A stretch of DNA of 64,000 nucleotides. Origin: a bacterium UBP8_UBA817. GTDB lineage: Bacteria > Margulisbacteria > Marinamargulisbacteria > SXXA01 > SICP01. Below the pieces are notes generated by a model. That model was given only the letters and a program-made list of their open reading frames with translations, was not told the DNA's origin and made no database searches. The position numbers and the translations under genes are program-made. Positions within the stretch are counted from its first letter, which is position 1. The number at the start of each line of letters is the position of its first letter. The stretch spans positions 14,014 through 78,013 of the forward strand of contig CAMCZW010000002.1 of NCBI GenBank assembly GCA_945888435.1. The letters run 5' to 3'. Below, in pieces: positions 17,122-25,786 of this stretch.

Positions 17122-17956
17122 AGATGTTTTTTGTATAGATGGCCTTGGCGTGATTGAGTTCTTCTAATAGCTCAGAAAGTGGGGGGATGTGATCGTCACG
17201 TTCAATCATGACAGAGACATCTCCCATTAATGGTACAGTTTTGGCAAATAGGTCCCATACTTCGTCTCTTACCGGGCGGTCATGGCTATCTAATACATAG
17301 GTGCCGTGATCCTGGTGGCCCGCAATATGATATTGGATGACGCGGTTAGCGGGGATGCCACGGACGTAGTCCATCGGGTCAAAATGGTGATTTCTGGAGG
17401 ATACATAGATATTGTTTACATCTAATAAAATTCCGCAATCGGCGGTTTCGGCAATGGCTTTTATAAATTCCCATTCTGTCATTTCGGATTCTTGAAACTC
17501 AACATAACTGGATAGGTTTTCGATGAGAAATGGAATGCCCATGGTGTCTTGGATGATGGCGATTTTTTTTGCGACATACTCTACGGTTTCTTGGGTGTAG
17601 GGCAGTGGAAGTAGGTTATGCATATGGGCGCCACCAACGCCGGCCCAGCAAAGATGGTCTGAAAACCAGGGGGGATTTAAATAGGAGAGGAGTGCTTTTA
17701 ATCTTTTGAGATGGGGTTTATCAAGTGCATCTGCGCTACCCAGTGAAAGAGAAACACCATGTGGAATGACTGTGTATTTTTCTTTAAATGGGGCGAGCGT
17801 ATGGGGGCCTTGTCCGCCGTCGAGCATATAGTTTTCCGATATAATTTCTAGCCAATCAACCTGGCCAGAAGACGACAAGAGCTCCTCATAATGAGGAGCT
17901 CTAAGTCCTAGTCCGAATCCTAAAAATGGAACATCAAATCGTTTTTTGATTGCCAT
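17108..17956 (-). CDS. DUF692 / MNIO (multinuclear non-heme iron oxidative) RiPP-modifying enzyme (HvfB/BufB/MbnB-like)
   Basis: 282 aa. TIM-barrel UPF0276 hallmarks: LGFGLGLR..H, WLEIISENY, FSDHLCW, LIEN, HIAGH. Confidence 0.8.
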   Translation of the reverse strand: MAIKKRFDVPFLGFGLGLRAPHYEELLSSSGQVDWLEIISENYMLDGGQGPHTLAPFKEKYTVIPHGVSLSLGSADALDKPHLKRLKALLSYLNPPWFSDHLCWAGVGGAHMHNLLPLPYTQETVEYVAKKIAIIQDTMGIPFLIENLSSYVEFQESEMTEWEFIKAIAETADCGILLDVNNIYVSSRNHHFDPMDYVRGIPANRVIQYHIAGHQDHGTYVLDSHDRPVRDEVWDLFAKTVPLMGDVSVMIERDDHIPPLSELLEELNHAKAIYTKNIYAPT

Positions 17957-17967
17957 TTAAATAGAAA

Positions 17968-18306
17968 TTATTTTTTTGCTGCTGGAGCTGCTTTCGCTTC
18001 TGCTGCTGGAGCTGTTTTCGCTGCTGGAGCTACTTTAACAGTTTTTGCAGTTGCTTTTGTTGCTGGAGCGGCTACTGCTGCTTTACATCCATTAGCGCCT
18101 TTGCATTTGTTTTTATCTGCTGGAGCTGCTTTCGCTTCTGCTGGAGCTACTGTTGTTGCTTTAACTTCAGTTGCTTTTGTTGTTGTTTTAACAGCAGTTG
18201 TTTTTGTTGCTTTTGCTGCTGCTGCTGGAGCGTCTGCTGCGTGTGCAACTCCGCCTAAAGATACTAAACCGGCTAACGCTAACATGACTAATTGAGACTT
18301 TTTCAT
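17968..18306 (-). CDS. Secreted RiPP precursor peptide (Sec signal peptide + A/K/T-rich low-complexity region with a single C-x5-C core)
   Basis: 112 aa. MKKSQLVMLALAGLVSLGGVAHA|ADAP...DKNKCKGANGCKAAV...AAKK. It sits 12 nt upstream of the MNIO gene on the same strand. The only two Cys are in KCKGANGCK. Confidence 0.7.
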   Translation of the reverse strand: MKKSQLVMLALAGLVSLGGVAHAADAPAAAAKATKTTAVKTTTKATEVKATTVAPAEAKAAPADKNKCKGANGCKAAVAAPATKATAKTVKVAPAAKTAPAAEAKAAPAAKK

Positions 18307-18447
18307 TGTATATCCTCCTGGGGAAATCGTTTAAGGTGTTCAGTTAGGCTGAACAATTGCTCACTATACTACTGCTATTCACAAACCTCAATTGCTGGAA
18401 TCAGGATATTTCTCTGTTACTTGTCATGTCTAGCTAACATTCATACA

Positions 18448-19701
18448 ATGGGCTTTATGGTAAGCATTTGTCTATATGAGGATGATGGGTATCGAGGGCT
18501 TCACCCCTTTACCTTTTTAAGGCCAGCCTATTCCTTATTATTAGGGGCTGGAACCTTGTATGATAAAGCGTCCGATTTTTTTAAATTTGGCAATTTGAGT
18601 CTTCATTGCAGACCTCTCCTTAAACCCTATTTGCGCCGATTATTTCCCCATCACATTATTAACGATATTAACTTAGGCGCTCCTTGTTTATTTGTGAATG
18701 GCCGCTTGGCAATGACGCAAACCGTATTTGATATTTTAAATGAGTCTTCTAAAAAAAATGACATGATTTTTACCCATCGTGGGCAAGTTGTGGCTTTATA
18801 TTTAAGGGATGACTCCTTACGACGAATGAAAGCTATTCTCGAAGCGGGGACACCATCTTCTCAGGACTTGATTAGCGAATTTCGTCAGACTTCGGCGGCG
18901 AAAGAGATGGATGATGTTGCCCTTATTACTTATCCATGGGATTTACTGGTGCATCAGCAACAAATTTTGAGCCAGGATTTTGACCGACTTTCTTTGGGGG
19001 GTATTGTCAAAGGGGATATGGCGCCTTATTCCGTCATTTATAACGAAACTCAAGTTTATATCGGCGAGCGGTGCCAGATTGAGGATTTTGCCTTGATTGA
19101 TGCTCGTAAAGGGCCTGTGATTTTGGCTGAAGATGTCATTGTTCAGTCTGGATCTCGATTGGAGGGGCCTTTATATATTGGACCTCATAGTCAAATTTTA
19201 GGGGGCTCTATTAAATCGTCTTCGATTGGCGCCCACTGTAAAATTGGCGGAGAGGTTTCTCATTCAATTATTCATGATTACTCTAATAAGGCCCATTATG
19301 GCTTTTTGGGACATTCGATTGTGGGACAGTGGGTTAATTTAGGGGCGGGGACGACTACTTCTAACCTTAAAAATACCTATGGAACCATTAAAGTGACCTG
19401 GAGCGATCATAAGTTGGATACTGGCCTTCAGTTTTTAGGTGCGATTCTTGGAGATCATGTGAAAGCCTCGATTGGGACTTTGTTTTCTGCGGGGACTCGT
19501 GTGGGATTTGGGACAACGCTACTGGGTAATATGATTCATGATCGGGATGTTCCGTTATTTAGGTGGGGACAGCCGTCTGCGTATGAGCCATATCCACTAG
19601 AAGCGTTTTTAACTGTGGCTAACCGAATGATGAGTCGGCGTAAACTTGAGATGAGTCCCGATGAATATGAATTAATTACGTCTTTATTTTTATCACAATG
19701 A
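18448..19701 (+). CDS. Sugar-nucleotidyltransferase-like protein with C-terminal left-handed beta-helix (hexapeptide repeats)
   Basis: ORF 18292..19701. The internal start MGFMVSICLYEDDGYRGLHPFTFLRP fits the N-terminus of this family. The C-terminus has hexapeptide repeats such as IGAHCKIGGEV. Confidence 0.6.
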   Translation: MGFMVSICLYEDDGYRGLHPFTFLRPAYSLLLGAGTLYDKASDFFKFGNLSLHCRPLLKPYLRRLFPHHIINDINLGAPCLFVNGRLAMTQTVFDILNESSKKNDMIFTHRGQVVALYLRDDSLRRMKAILEAGTPSSQDLISEFRQTSAAKEMDDVALITYPWDLLVHQQQILSQDFDRLSLGGIVKGDMAPYSVIYNETQVYIGERCQIEDFALIDARKGPVILAEDVIVQSGSRLEGPLYIGPHSQILGGSIKSSSIGAHCKIGGEVSHSIIHDYSNKAHYGFLGHSIVGQWVNLGAGTTTSNLKNTYGTIKVTWSDHKLDTGLQFLGAILGDHVKASIGTLFSAGTRVGFGTTLLGNMIHDRDVPLFRWGQPSAYEPYPLEAFLTVANRMMSRRKLEMSPDEYELITSLFLSQ

Positions 19702-21212
19702 TTTCTCAATACCGCGCCATTACTGACTTATCTGTTTATCCTGAGTTGCTTAAGACTGCAGCCTCTCTTCCCCATTTATCGTCGCTTATTTCTCGTGATC
19801 GAGTGAGTCAGTTTTTACTTAATGCGCCTCAATTGTCCTTTTCTTATGTGGGGGCTTGCGTTACTGAACCTCTTTTGGATTTATTTCAGAAGGCCAGCGA
19901 TGAGCTTGGATTGAGGTCTCAATTTCAACAGGTATTGGCTGGAGATATCATGAATTTTTCAGAATCTCGATCTGTCCGGCATCATCAGACACGATCTCAA
20001 GTGGATGCGGGTTGGTATGGGCAAGAACGTGAGCGTGTTTTTGCATTTGCAACCCAGGCACGCACGCAATTTAAGCAGGTATTACATATTGGAATTGGTG
20101 GGTCTGACCTAGGGCCTCGGGCGATGTATGAGGCTTTGCGTCGGTATGTTGCTGTTTCTGGTGACGAGATTTTACCTGTGCATTTTGTGTCTAATCTGGA
20201 TCCTGATGATTTATTGAGTGTGGTGTCTCACCTTTCTTTAAAAGATACGCTTATTGTGCTTGCGTCTAAAAGTGGGACGACACTTGAGACGACGATGAAT
20301 TGGACATTGCTCACGGAGATTGCCCAGGCTCAGGGAATTTCTCTGGATCAGCTTGTGAAATCGACGGTTACTGTGACTTGTAAGGGTGCCATTTTGGATG
20401 ATCCAAAACGGTACAGGGAAGTCTTTTATATTGATGAAGCCATCGGCGGCCGGTTTTCTTTAACGAGTGCGATTGGTGCAGTGGGATTATCTTGTGCGTT
20501 TGGGCCTGAGATTTTTCGTCGGTTTTTGGCGGGTGCTGCTCAGATGGATGCGCATGCTCAAAACGCGGATGTTACTCAAAATGCACCACTACTTAATGCG
20601 TGGATTGGGGTCTGGGAGCGTCAATTTTTAGGGTATTCTTCAAAGGCTATTGTGCCGTATGCTCAGCCTTTGTCACTGTTTGTATCGCATTTGCAGCAGC
20701 TAGAATGTGAAAGTAATGGAAAGTCTGTTGATCGGAATGGTCAGTCCATTTCATACCCCACCTGTCCAGTGATTTGGGGTGGGCTTGGTAGTATTTCTCA
20801 ACATTCCTTTTTTCAATGGTTACATCAGGGGTCGCATGACTCTTCTATCCAGTTGATTGGAAGTTATGAGTCTCAATTTACTTGCCCTCAATCACATGAG
20901 GCTCTTAATCGTAATTTGGCGGCCCAGCTGATGGCGTTTATTCGTGGAGATGCCCATCCTGAGTCCCCACAACGGCATTGTGATGGTAATCGGTCCACTA
21001 CTCTTGTCATGCTTAAGGATTTAAGTCCTGAGTCATGTGGAGCTTTGCTTTCTTTTTATGAAAACACAGTCATGTTTCAAGGGTTTATTTGGAATATTAA
21101 TTCTTTTGATCAGGAAGCGGTCCAGCTAGGTAAACGATTGGCGGTGCAGTTGGAAACGGGGGAATCGGATCCGATGTTGAACGCGATTTATTCTTTGGTT
21201 CGATCTAGGTAA
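19698..21212 (+). CDS. pgi: Glucose-6-phosphate isomerase
   Basis: 504 aa. SIS domains with HIGIGGSDLGP, and SKSGTTLET. Confidence 0.85.
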   Translation: MISQYRAITDLSVYPELLKTAASLPHLSSLISRDRVSQFLLNAPQLSFSYVGACVTEPLLDLFQKASDELGLRSQFQQVLAGDIMNFSESRSVRHHQTRSQVDAGWYGQERERVFAFATQARTQFKQVLHIGIGGSDLGPRAMYEALRRYVAVSGDEILPVHFVSNLDPDDLLSVVSHLSLKDTLIVLASKSGTTLETTMNWTLLTEIAQAQGISLDQLVKSTVTVTCKGAILDDPKRYREVFYIDEAIGGRFSLTSAIGAVGLSCAFGPEIFRRFLAGAAQMDAHAQNADVTQNAPLLNAWIGVWERQFLGYSSKAIVPYAQPLSLFVSHLQQLECESNGKSVDRNGQSISYPTCPVIWGGLGSISQHSFFQWLHQGSHDSSIQLIGSYESQFTCPQSHEALNRNLAAQLMAFIRGDAHPESPQRHCDGNRSTTLVMLKDLSPESCGALLSFYENTVMFQGFIWNINSFDQEAVQLGKRLAVQLETGESDPMLNAIYSLVRSR

Positions 21213-21316
21213 CCCTCCCCGCCCTTTAGGCACCACTCCCTAGAGGGGATAAAGAGAGCGAAAATATCTCCTCCTTGGAGGAGTGGCGCGCCACCGGCGT
21301 GACGAGGAGGGTAACT
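21213..21316. repeat. GC-rich multi-hairpin element between convergent pgi and msrB
   Basis: Hairpins: ccactcc...ggagtgg; ctcctcc-tt-ggaggag; outer aaccctcc...ggagggt. It contains ccctagagggg, shared with the 15714-15847 element. Confidence 0.7.
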
Positions 21317-21706
21317 TTATTTGGATTTAAATTCTAGGGCGAGAGAATTGACACAGTAGCGTTGACCTGTGGGTTTGGGGCCGTCGTCGAAAACATGGCC
21401 GAGGTGGGAACCGCATTTGGCGCAGGTGATTTCGGTGCGTGCCATGCCTTGGGAATAGTCGGGATGGGAGATGACGTTGCCGCTGACCGCATTCCAAAAG
21501 CTGGGCCATCCGGTGCCGGAGTCAAATTTGGTGGTGGATTCAAATAGGGAGGTTTTGCAGACGGCGCAGAGATACTCCCCTTTTTTATAGTGTTTGTTGT
21601 ATTTTCCGGAGAAGGGAGGTTCTGTCCCTTTTAAAAAACAGACCTGGTATTGCTGGGGTGGGAGATGTGCAAACTTTTCGGGGGCTTTATGAGGGGTGGT
21701 GGCCAT
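21317..21706 (-). CDS. msrB: Peptide methionine sulfoxide reductase MsrB
   Basis: 129 aa. CxxC...CxxC zinc site and the catalytic motif RYCVNS. Confidence 0.85.
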   Translation of the reverse strand: MATTPHKAPEKFAHLPPQQYQVCFLKGTEPPFSGKYNKHYKKGEYLCAVCKTSLFESTTKFDSGTGWPSFWNAVSGNVISHPDYSQGMARTEITCAKCGSHLGHVFDDGPKPTGQRYCVNSLALEFKSK

Positions 21707-22277
21707 CTGGTGCTCCTGGTGCGTGTGCTAATTTGCCAATAATTGCTCCCGCAATTGTCCATCCAATGGTGTAGTCTAAAATGGTAATGATCGTGTAGTT
21801 GATATCAAACCCAAAAAAGTTCCAATAGGGGACATGGCTTCCAAATCCAATTAAAAATCCGATTACGCCCACATAGCCAATATGGCTGTAGTAGTTCAAT
21901 CTAGCCACTCGATATAGTAGGGCCCCGGTGATTAACATTAAGAAAATTTGAGTGATAAAGCTGACTCCCATCATTTTGGTCATGCTCATGTCGCTTAATG
22001 ACGTACTTGGGATGATGCTGATAAAGGCGGATGTAGCACCGTCTGAATTGGCTTCAAAATCGTAAGGTAAAAAGTAGATGCCTTTTTGATGAGCATTGTC
22101 TTTTAATACTTGGGAGACTTGCATTTCGTTGATAAATTGATGGCTAGTGGCATTGTGCCAAGGTAAGACTGTCCATGAAATGATGCTCCAGATGAATAGT
22201 GACGCCCCACCAATGAGGCCTACTTTTAAAATATAACTCAACATATGTGTGCGATCTTTTAATAAAAAATTCATCAT
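21687..22277 (-). CDS. Integral membrane protein, unknown function
   Basis: 196 aa with several hydrophobic helices. Confidence 0.5.
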   Translation of the reverse strand: MMNFLLKDRTHMLSYILKVGLIGGASLFIWSIISWTVLPWHNATSHQFINEMQVSQVLKDNAHQKGIYFLPYDFEANSDGATSAFISIIPSTSLSDMSMTKMMGVSFITQIFLMLITGALLYRVARLNYYSHIGYVGVIGFLIGFGSHVPYWNFFGFDINYTIITILDYTIGWTIAGAIIGKLAHAPGAPDGHHPS

Positions 22278-22606
22278 AAAATTATTCCCTTTTTTTTGCT
22301 TCTCATTTTCTTTTCCCAGTCCATGACTTGGTTGTAGCTGCCTTGCCCCCGATTTCTGATGCTGGTCGTATTAATATCGATGGTTTGGATATTAATGGTG
22401 TTTAAGTGGGCCGAAACTTTAGGGATTTTAATGCCGGTAATCATGATTTTGATCCGGGTGAGTTCTTCTTCTTCTCGTTTGACCTTGTGGGTCAATGAGT
22501 CGATTAAGACCTTGGCCATTTGGTTGAATTTTTTTAAGATTGGGAGAAGTGCTTTTGTTTGGTGTTTTTTAAGTTTTTGAGGGGCGCCTTTTTTTTGATT
22601 ATCCAT
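22274..22606 (-). CDS. Small basic hypothetical protein
   Basis: ORF 22274..22669. The later start MDNQKK avoids overlap with the upstream gene. Lys-rich. Confidence 0.4.
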   Translation of the reverse strand: MDNQKKGAPQKLKKHQTKALLPILKKFNQMAKVLIDSLTHKVKREEEELTRIKIMITGIKIPKVSAHLNTINIQTIDINTTSIRNRGQGSYNQVMDWEKKMRSKKKGIIL

Positions 22607-22607
22607 A

Positions 22608-23126
22608 TTATTGGTTTTGGCGCTTTTTCTCTTGTTCAATGATTTTACTGTAATACTCTTTTTGCTCATTAATTTGTTTAAGCTGACGTCTTAGTTGTCT
22701 TAATTTAGACATATTGTGGAAAAACTCTTTGATAATACCTCTTTCTTCTTCTTCGACATGGCTTTCATCGATCATGCCTTCGAGGGCTTCCATTTCGGCC
22801 ATCTTTTTTTCTAAGAGGGTAATGGTTTTCTTTTTCTTTTTTTTAACATCTTCGCTTTCTTCTGATGCTGCGGCGGCCCATATTTCGGCGGCGCCACTGG
22901 TGGGGGTTTCTGCTTTTTTGGTAGAGCTACTTTCACTAGAACTTTTGGTTTTAACACCTAATTGAGATCTGCTAACCCCTTGGGCTTCACTATCAAATAC
23001 TTGAGCTGCTTCTTTAAACGCATTGGTTGCAACTTCAATATTTGTCATTAACCGACTGACATTGGGACCTTCTGGTCCGTGATTGCCTTGTGGTGGGGGT
23101 GTTATGCCTTGAATTGGTCCTGCCAT
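22608..23126 (-). CDS. Hypothetical protein with poly-Lys stretch and coiled-coil C-terminus
   Basis: 172 aa. Contains KKKKKK and an acidic coiled-coil EMEALEGMIDESHVEEEE. Confidence 0.45.
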   Translation of the reverse strand: MAGPIQGITPPPQGNHGPEGPNVSRLMTNIEVATNAFKEAAQVFDSEAQGVSRSQLGVKTKSSSESSSTKKAETPTSGAAEIWAAAASEESEDVKKKKKKTITLLEKKMAEMEALEGMIDESHVEEEERGIIKEFFHNMSKLRQLRRQLKQINEQKEYYSKIIEQEKKRQNQ

Positions 23127-23169
23127 TTCTTTATCTTAACAAAAGTCCTTTGAAAAGGACAATCTGCGC

Positions 23170-23940
23170 TTAACTCTCCCCCAACCCCCTCCCTGGAGGG
23201 GAGCTTTTCCAGTATCCAATAATCCCCGTGGTGGTGGCGACATTGAGGGACTCGATTTTAGGGGACATTGGGATGTGGATTGCGGTGTGGGGGTTTTCTA
23301 AAATATAGGGCGTTATGATGCCGTTTCCTTCGGAGCCAAATACAAATGCGGTAGGGCCGGTTGGCTTAAATTTGGTGAGCGGTGTTGTGGCATTGGTATC
23401 CAGGGTGACGACTTGGAATTTTGGGGTGACTTCGGTGGTCCATTTTTGCTCGGTGAGCTGGATGATGTCGACTTGGTGGAGTTGGCCGACGCTGGCTTGG
23501 ACGGATTTGGGGTGGGTAGGGTCGGTGGTGCCTGGAGTGAGGAGGATAGCGGGGATGTTGAATGCGACGGCATTACGGATTATCGCGCCAATGTTGGAGG
23601 GGTCTTGGATTTGATCGATTACCCAGAGTGTGGAGTAGCTGCTGAGTGGCGCGGTGGGGATGTTTTTTTTAAGGATGGCCATGATGCCGGCTGGTGTTTT
23701 GAGGCTGCTTGCATGAGACATGATGTCGGGACTGATTTCTTGTGTCGGAATGTCGGTTTCAAATGGAAGCGGGATACTGTGAATGAGTTGGGAGACGAGG
23801 TGGGGATGAGAGGTGAGGATGTCTCTAATATTTTTGGGATTTTCGAGGATGTATTCGTTGTTTTGGGCGCGATAGTCTTTATCGATTTGGAGTTTTTTGA
23901 TGTGGCGAATGAGGCTATTTTCTTTGCTTGTAATGATCAT
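23170..23940 (-). CDS. TrmH/SpoU family RNA 2'-O-methyltransferase
   Basis: 256 aa. Motifs LWVIDQIQDPSNIGAIIRNA, VFGSEGNGI and IPMSPKIESLNVATTTGIIGYW. Confidence 0.75.
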   Translation of the reverse strand: MIITSKENSLIRHIKKLQIDKDYRAQNNEYILENPKNIRDILTSHPHLVSQLIHSIPLPFETDIPTQEISPDIMSHASSLKTPAGIMAILKKNIPTAPLSSYSTLWVIDQIQDPSNIGAIIRNAVAFNIPAILLTPGTTDPTHPKSVQASVGQLHQVDIIQLTEQKWTTEVTPKFQVVTLDTNATTPLTKFKPTGPTAFVFGSEGNGIITPYILENPHTAIHIPMSPKIESLNVATTTGIIGYWKSSPPGRGLGES

Positions 23941-24896
23941 GAGTGAGAGACCACGGTTATTTTAGTACAGACTTCATGGATGAGTTTGTTTTGAAAATTT
24001 TGTCTATTTTCTAGGAGGGTCTTTATGATTGTGATGAATTCTGTCGGGTCTAAAGGTGTGAGGGGGATATGAATTTGCTTTAACTCCTCCGTGAGGGCAA
24101 TGAGTTTGGGGTCATCGGATAATGCGATAAAGGGAATCCCTTTTAGACTTGCCCATACTGCTGCGTGGTAGCGCATCGTAATCAGCAGATGCGCGCTGAG
24201 TGCTGTGCTTTCGATATTGAGATGATCTTGAAGTGTCCAATATCTTGTATTTTGCAGGGTTAGGATGCTGACTTGTGTGTCTTCTTTAGTGTCGGCGATA
24301 AGGCCTTGAGTTTGGATATTTTGCTCAGTAAGTTCAGTTATCGCTTCGCTGAGCTGCTGGGTAATCGCTGACGGTTTAATCGAGAAAAGGAGTAAGGGGT
24401 TTTGAGGCGGATCTGATGGGGAGATTGATTGGTTGAAATAGGCGAGGTCGGCGGTGACTGCAAGAGATTTTGGGATGATGCCGAGTTGTTCTAGTTGTGT
24501 GTAGGAGGCTTCGTCTCTGACGGTGATATGGCATTTTTTGAGGGCTATTTTGAGTAGAAATTTGGTTATTTTTCGGTGGATAGGGCCGATGCCATGGCTG
24601 ATGAGGTAGACCGGTTTTTTATGGAAATTGGCCCATAAGATTAGGCTCGCGTAGTAGGCGACGCTTTTGAGGGATCCAATATCTTGAAAGAGGCTTCCCC
24701 CGCCAAAGACGACGATGTCTGATTGTTTGATTTTGCTGAATGTGGCGAATTTATCCTGGCAGGTATGCTCGATTATGGAGGTATGCGTTGGGAATCTTTC
24801 GGCAATCCATTGTTTAATCTTTTGATTTAACCAGATATCCCCGGCGTTATATGAGCCGTAGTAGCCGATGATGGTTATTGGGCCCTGGTTCCCCAT
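23937..24896 (-). CDS. Polysaccharide pyruvyl transferase family protein
   Basis: ORF to 24977. The N-terminal 27 codons run through a palindromic element. The second ATG (MGNQGPITIIGYYGSYNAGD) has a GAGGGA SD 9 nt upstream. Confidence 0.6.
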   Translation of the reverse strand: MGNQGPITIIGYYGSYNAGDIWLNQKIKQWIAERFPTHTSIIEHTCQDKFATFSKIKQSDIVVFGGGSLFQDIGSLKSVAYYASLILWANFHKKPVYLISHGIGPIHRKITKFLLKIALKKCHITVRDEASYTQLEQLGIIPKSLAVTADLAYFNQSISPSDPPQNPLLLFSIKPSAITQQLSEAITELTEQNIQTQGLIADTKEDTQVSILTLQNTRYWTLQDHLNIESTALSAHLLITMRYHAAVWASLKGIPFIALSDDPKLIALTEELKQIHIPLTPLDPTEFITIIKTLLENRQNFQNKLIHEVCTKITVVSHS

Positions 24897-24953
24897 AACA
24901 CTCATCCCTCTAACGCCCCTCTTTGGAACAGAGAGGGGTTGGGGGTGAGTGTT
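24897..24953 (-). promoter_or_regulatory. 5'-UTR hairpin element of the CCCCTC/GAGGGG family enclosing the SD/upstream ATG
   Basis: aacactca (24897-24904) pairs with tgagtgtt (24946-24953). Internal hairpin cccctct-ttggaacag-agagggg, plus a cccccaacccc motif shared with the 23177-23205 element. Confidence 0.6.
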
Positions 24954-24976
24954 AACGCTTTGCAGGTTTTTCAACA

Positions 24977-25786
24977 TTAAAGAGCGAGTTTGCCTTCATA
25001 TACCAGTTCCGCGGGGCCGGTCATCCAGACGTGGTTTGTTTCTTCGTCCCAGTGGATATCGAGTGAGCCGCCGGGGAGATTTACTTTGACGGTTCGGTTG
25101 AGTTTATTTTGGAGGATACCTGCGACGGCGACGGCGCATGCACCGGTTCCGCAGGCCATGGTTTTGCCAGCTCCACGTTCCCAGACGATGACGTTGACTT
25201 CGTTTTTAGAGAGGATTTGGGCAAATTCGATATTGGCTTGGTTGGGGAATGTGGCGTGGGTGCTGAGCCCTGGGCCTACTAGATCTAGGTCAATTTTGGA
25301 GAGGTCGGTTTGCCAAATAATACCGTGTGGATTTCCCATTGAAATGGGGATGATATCGACTGTGATTTTGGGTGTGGAAATGGTGAGGGGTTGATCGTCT
25401 AAAATTGGCTCGCCCATATCAACTTTGATGGTTTTGATTTTATCGTTTTCGATAATGAGTTCTGGATATAAAATCCCGCGTCCGGTTTCGATGGACATGG
25501 ATGGGTTGAGGACTTGGCCGGTGAGGTAGACCCATTTTGCGAAACAGCGGATGCCGTTACCACACATTTCGGGTTCGCTGCCGTCGCTGTTGATGACGCG
25601 CATTTTGATGTCCGCGATGGTGGATGGGAGGGCTAGGATGACTCCGTCGGCACCGATGCCAATGTGTCGGGCGCATAGTGCGGGGGTGTGCTGGATGATG
25701 GCGTTGATTTGGGTGTCGGTGAGGTGGGCGGTATCAATCAAAATAAAATCATTTCCAAGGCCATGGGCCTTTGTGAATGACATCAT
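24977..25786 (-). CDS. dapF: Diaminopimelate epimerase
   Basis: 269 aa. FTKAHGLGNDFIL, the catalytic Cys in MCGNGIRC, and GTGACA. Confidence 0.9.
   Translation of the reverse strand: MMSFTKAHGLGNDFILIDTAHLTDTQINAIIQHTPALCARHIGIGADGVILALPSTIADIKMRVINSDGSEPEMCGNGIRCFAKWVYLTGQVLNPSMSIETGRGILYPELIIENDKIKTIKVDMGEPILDDQPLTISTPKITVDIIPISMGNPHGIIWQTDLSKIDLDLVGPGLSTHATFPNQANIEFAQILSKNEVNVIVWERGAGKTMACGTGACAVAVAGILQNKLNRTVKVNLPGGSLDIHWDEETNHVWMTGPAELVYEGKLAL

Noticed and set aside
18101-18295. Antisense 64-aa ORF opposite the RiPP precursor
   Set aside because: It is a mirror-image low-complexity ORF of an A/K-rich gene (Ala/Thr/Val-rich). The precursor frame has the signal peptide and operon context.
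21213-21316. Possible tRNA or small RNA gene in a 104-bp GC-rich gene-free gap
   Set aside because: No T-loop GGTTCGAATCC-like motif, no acceptor/CCA arrangement, and no cloverleaf. The stems are simple inverted repeats of the CCCCTC/GAGGGG family.
23313-23946. Several alternative-frame ORFs (23313..23573 -, 23315..23614 +, 23413..23946 +) over the TrmH-family gene
   Set aside because: They overlap a well-supported CDS with conserved SpoU motifs. They are compositional artefacts of a GC-skewed stretch.
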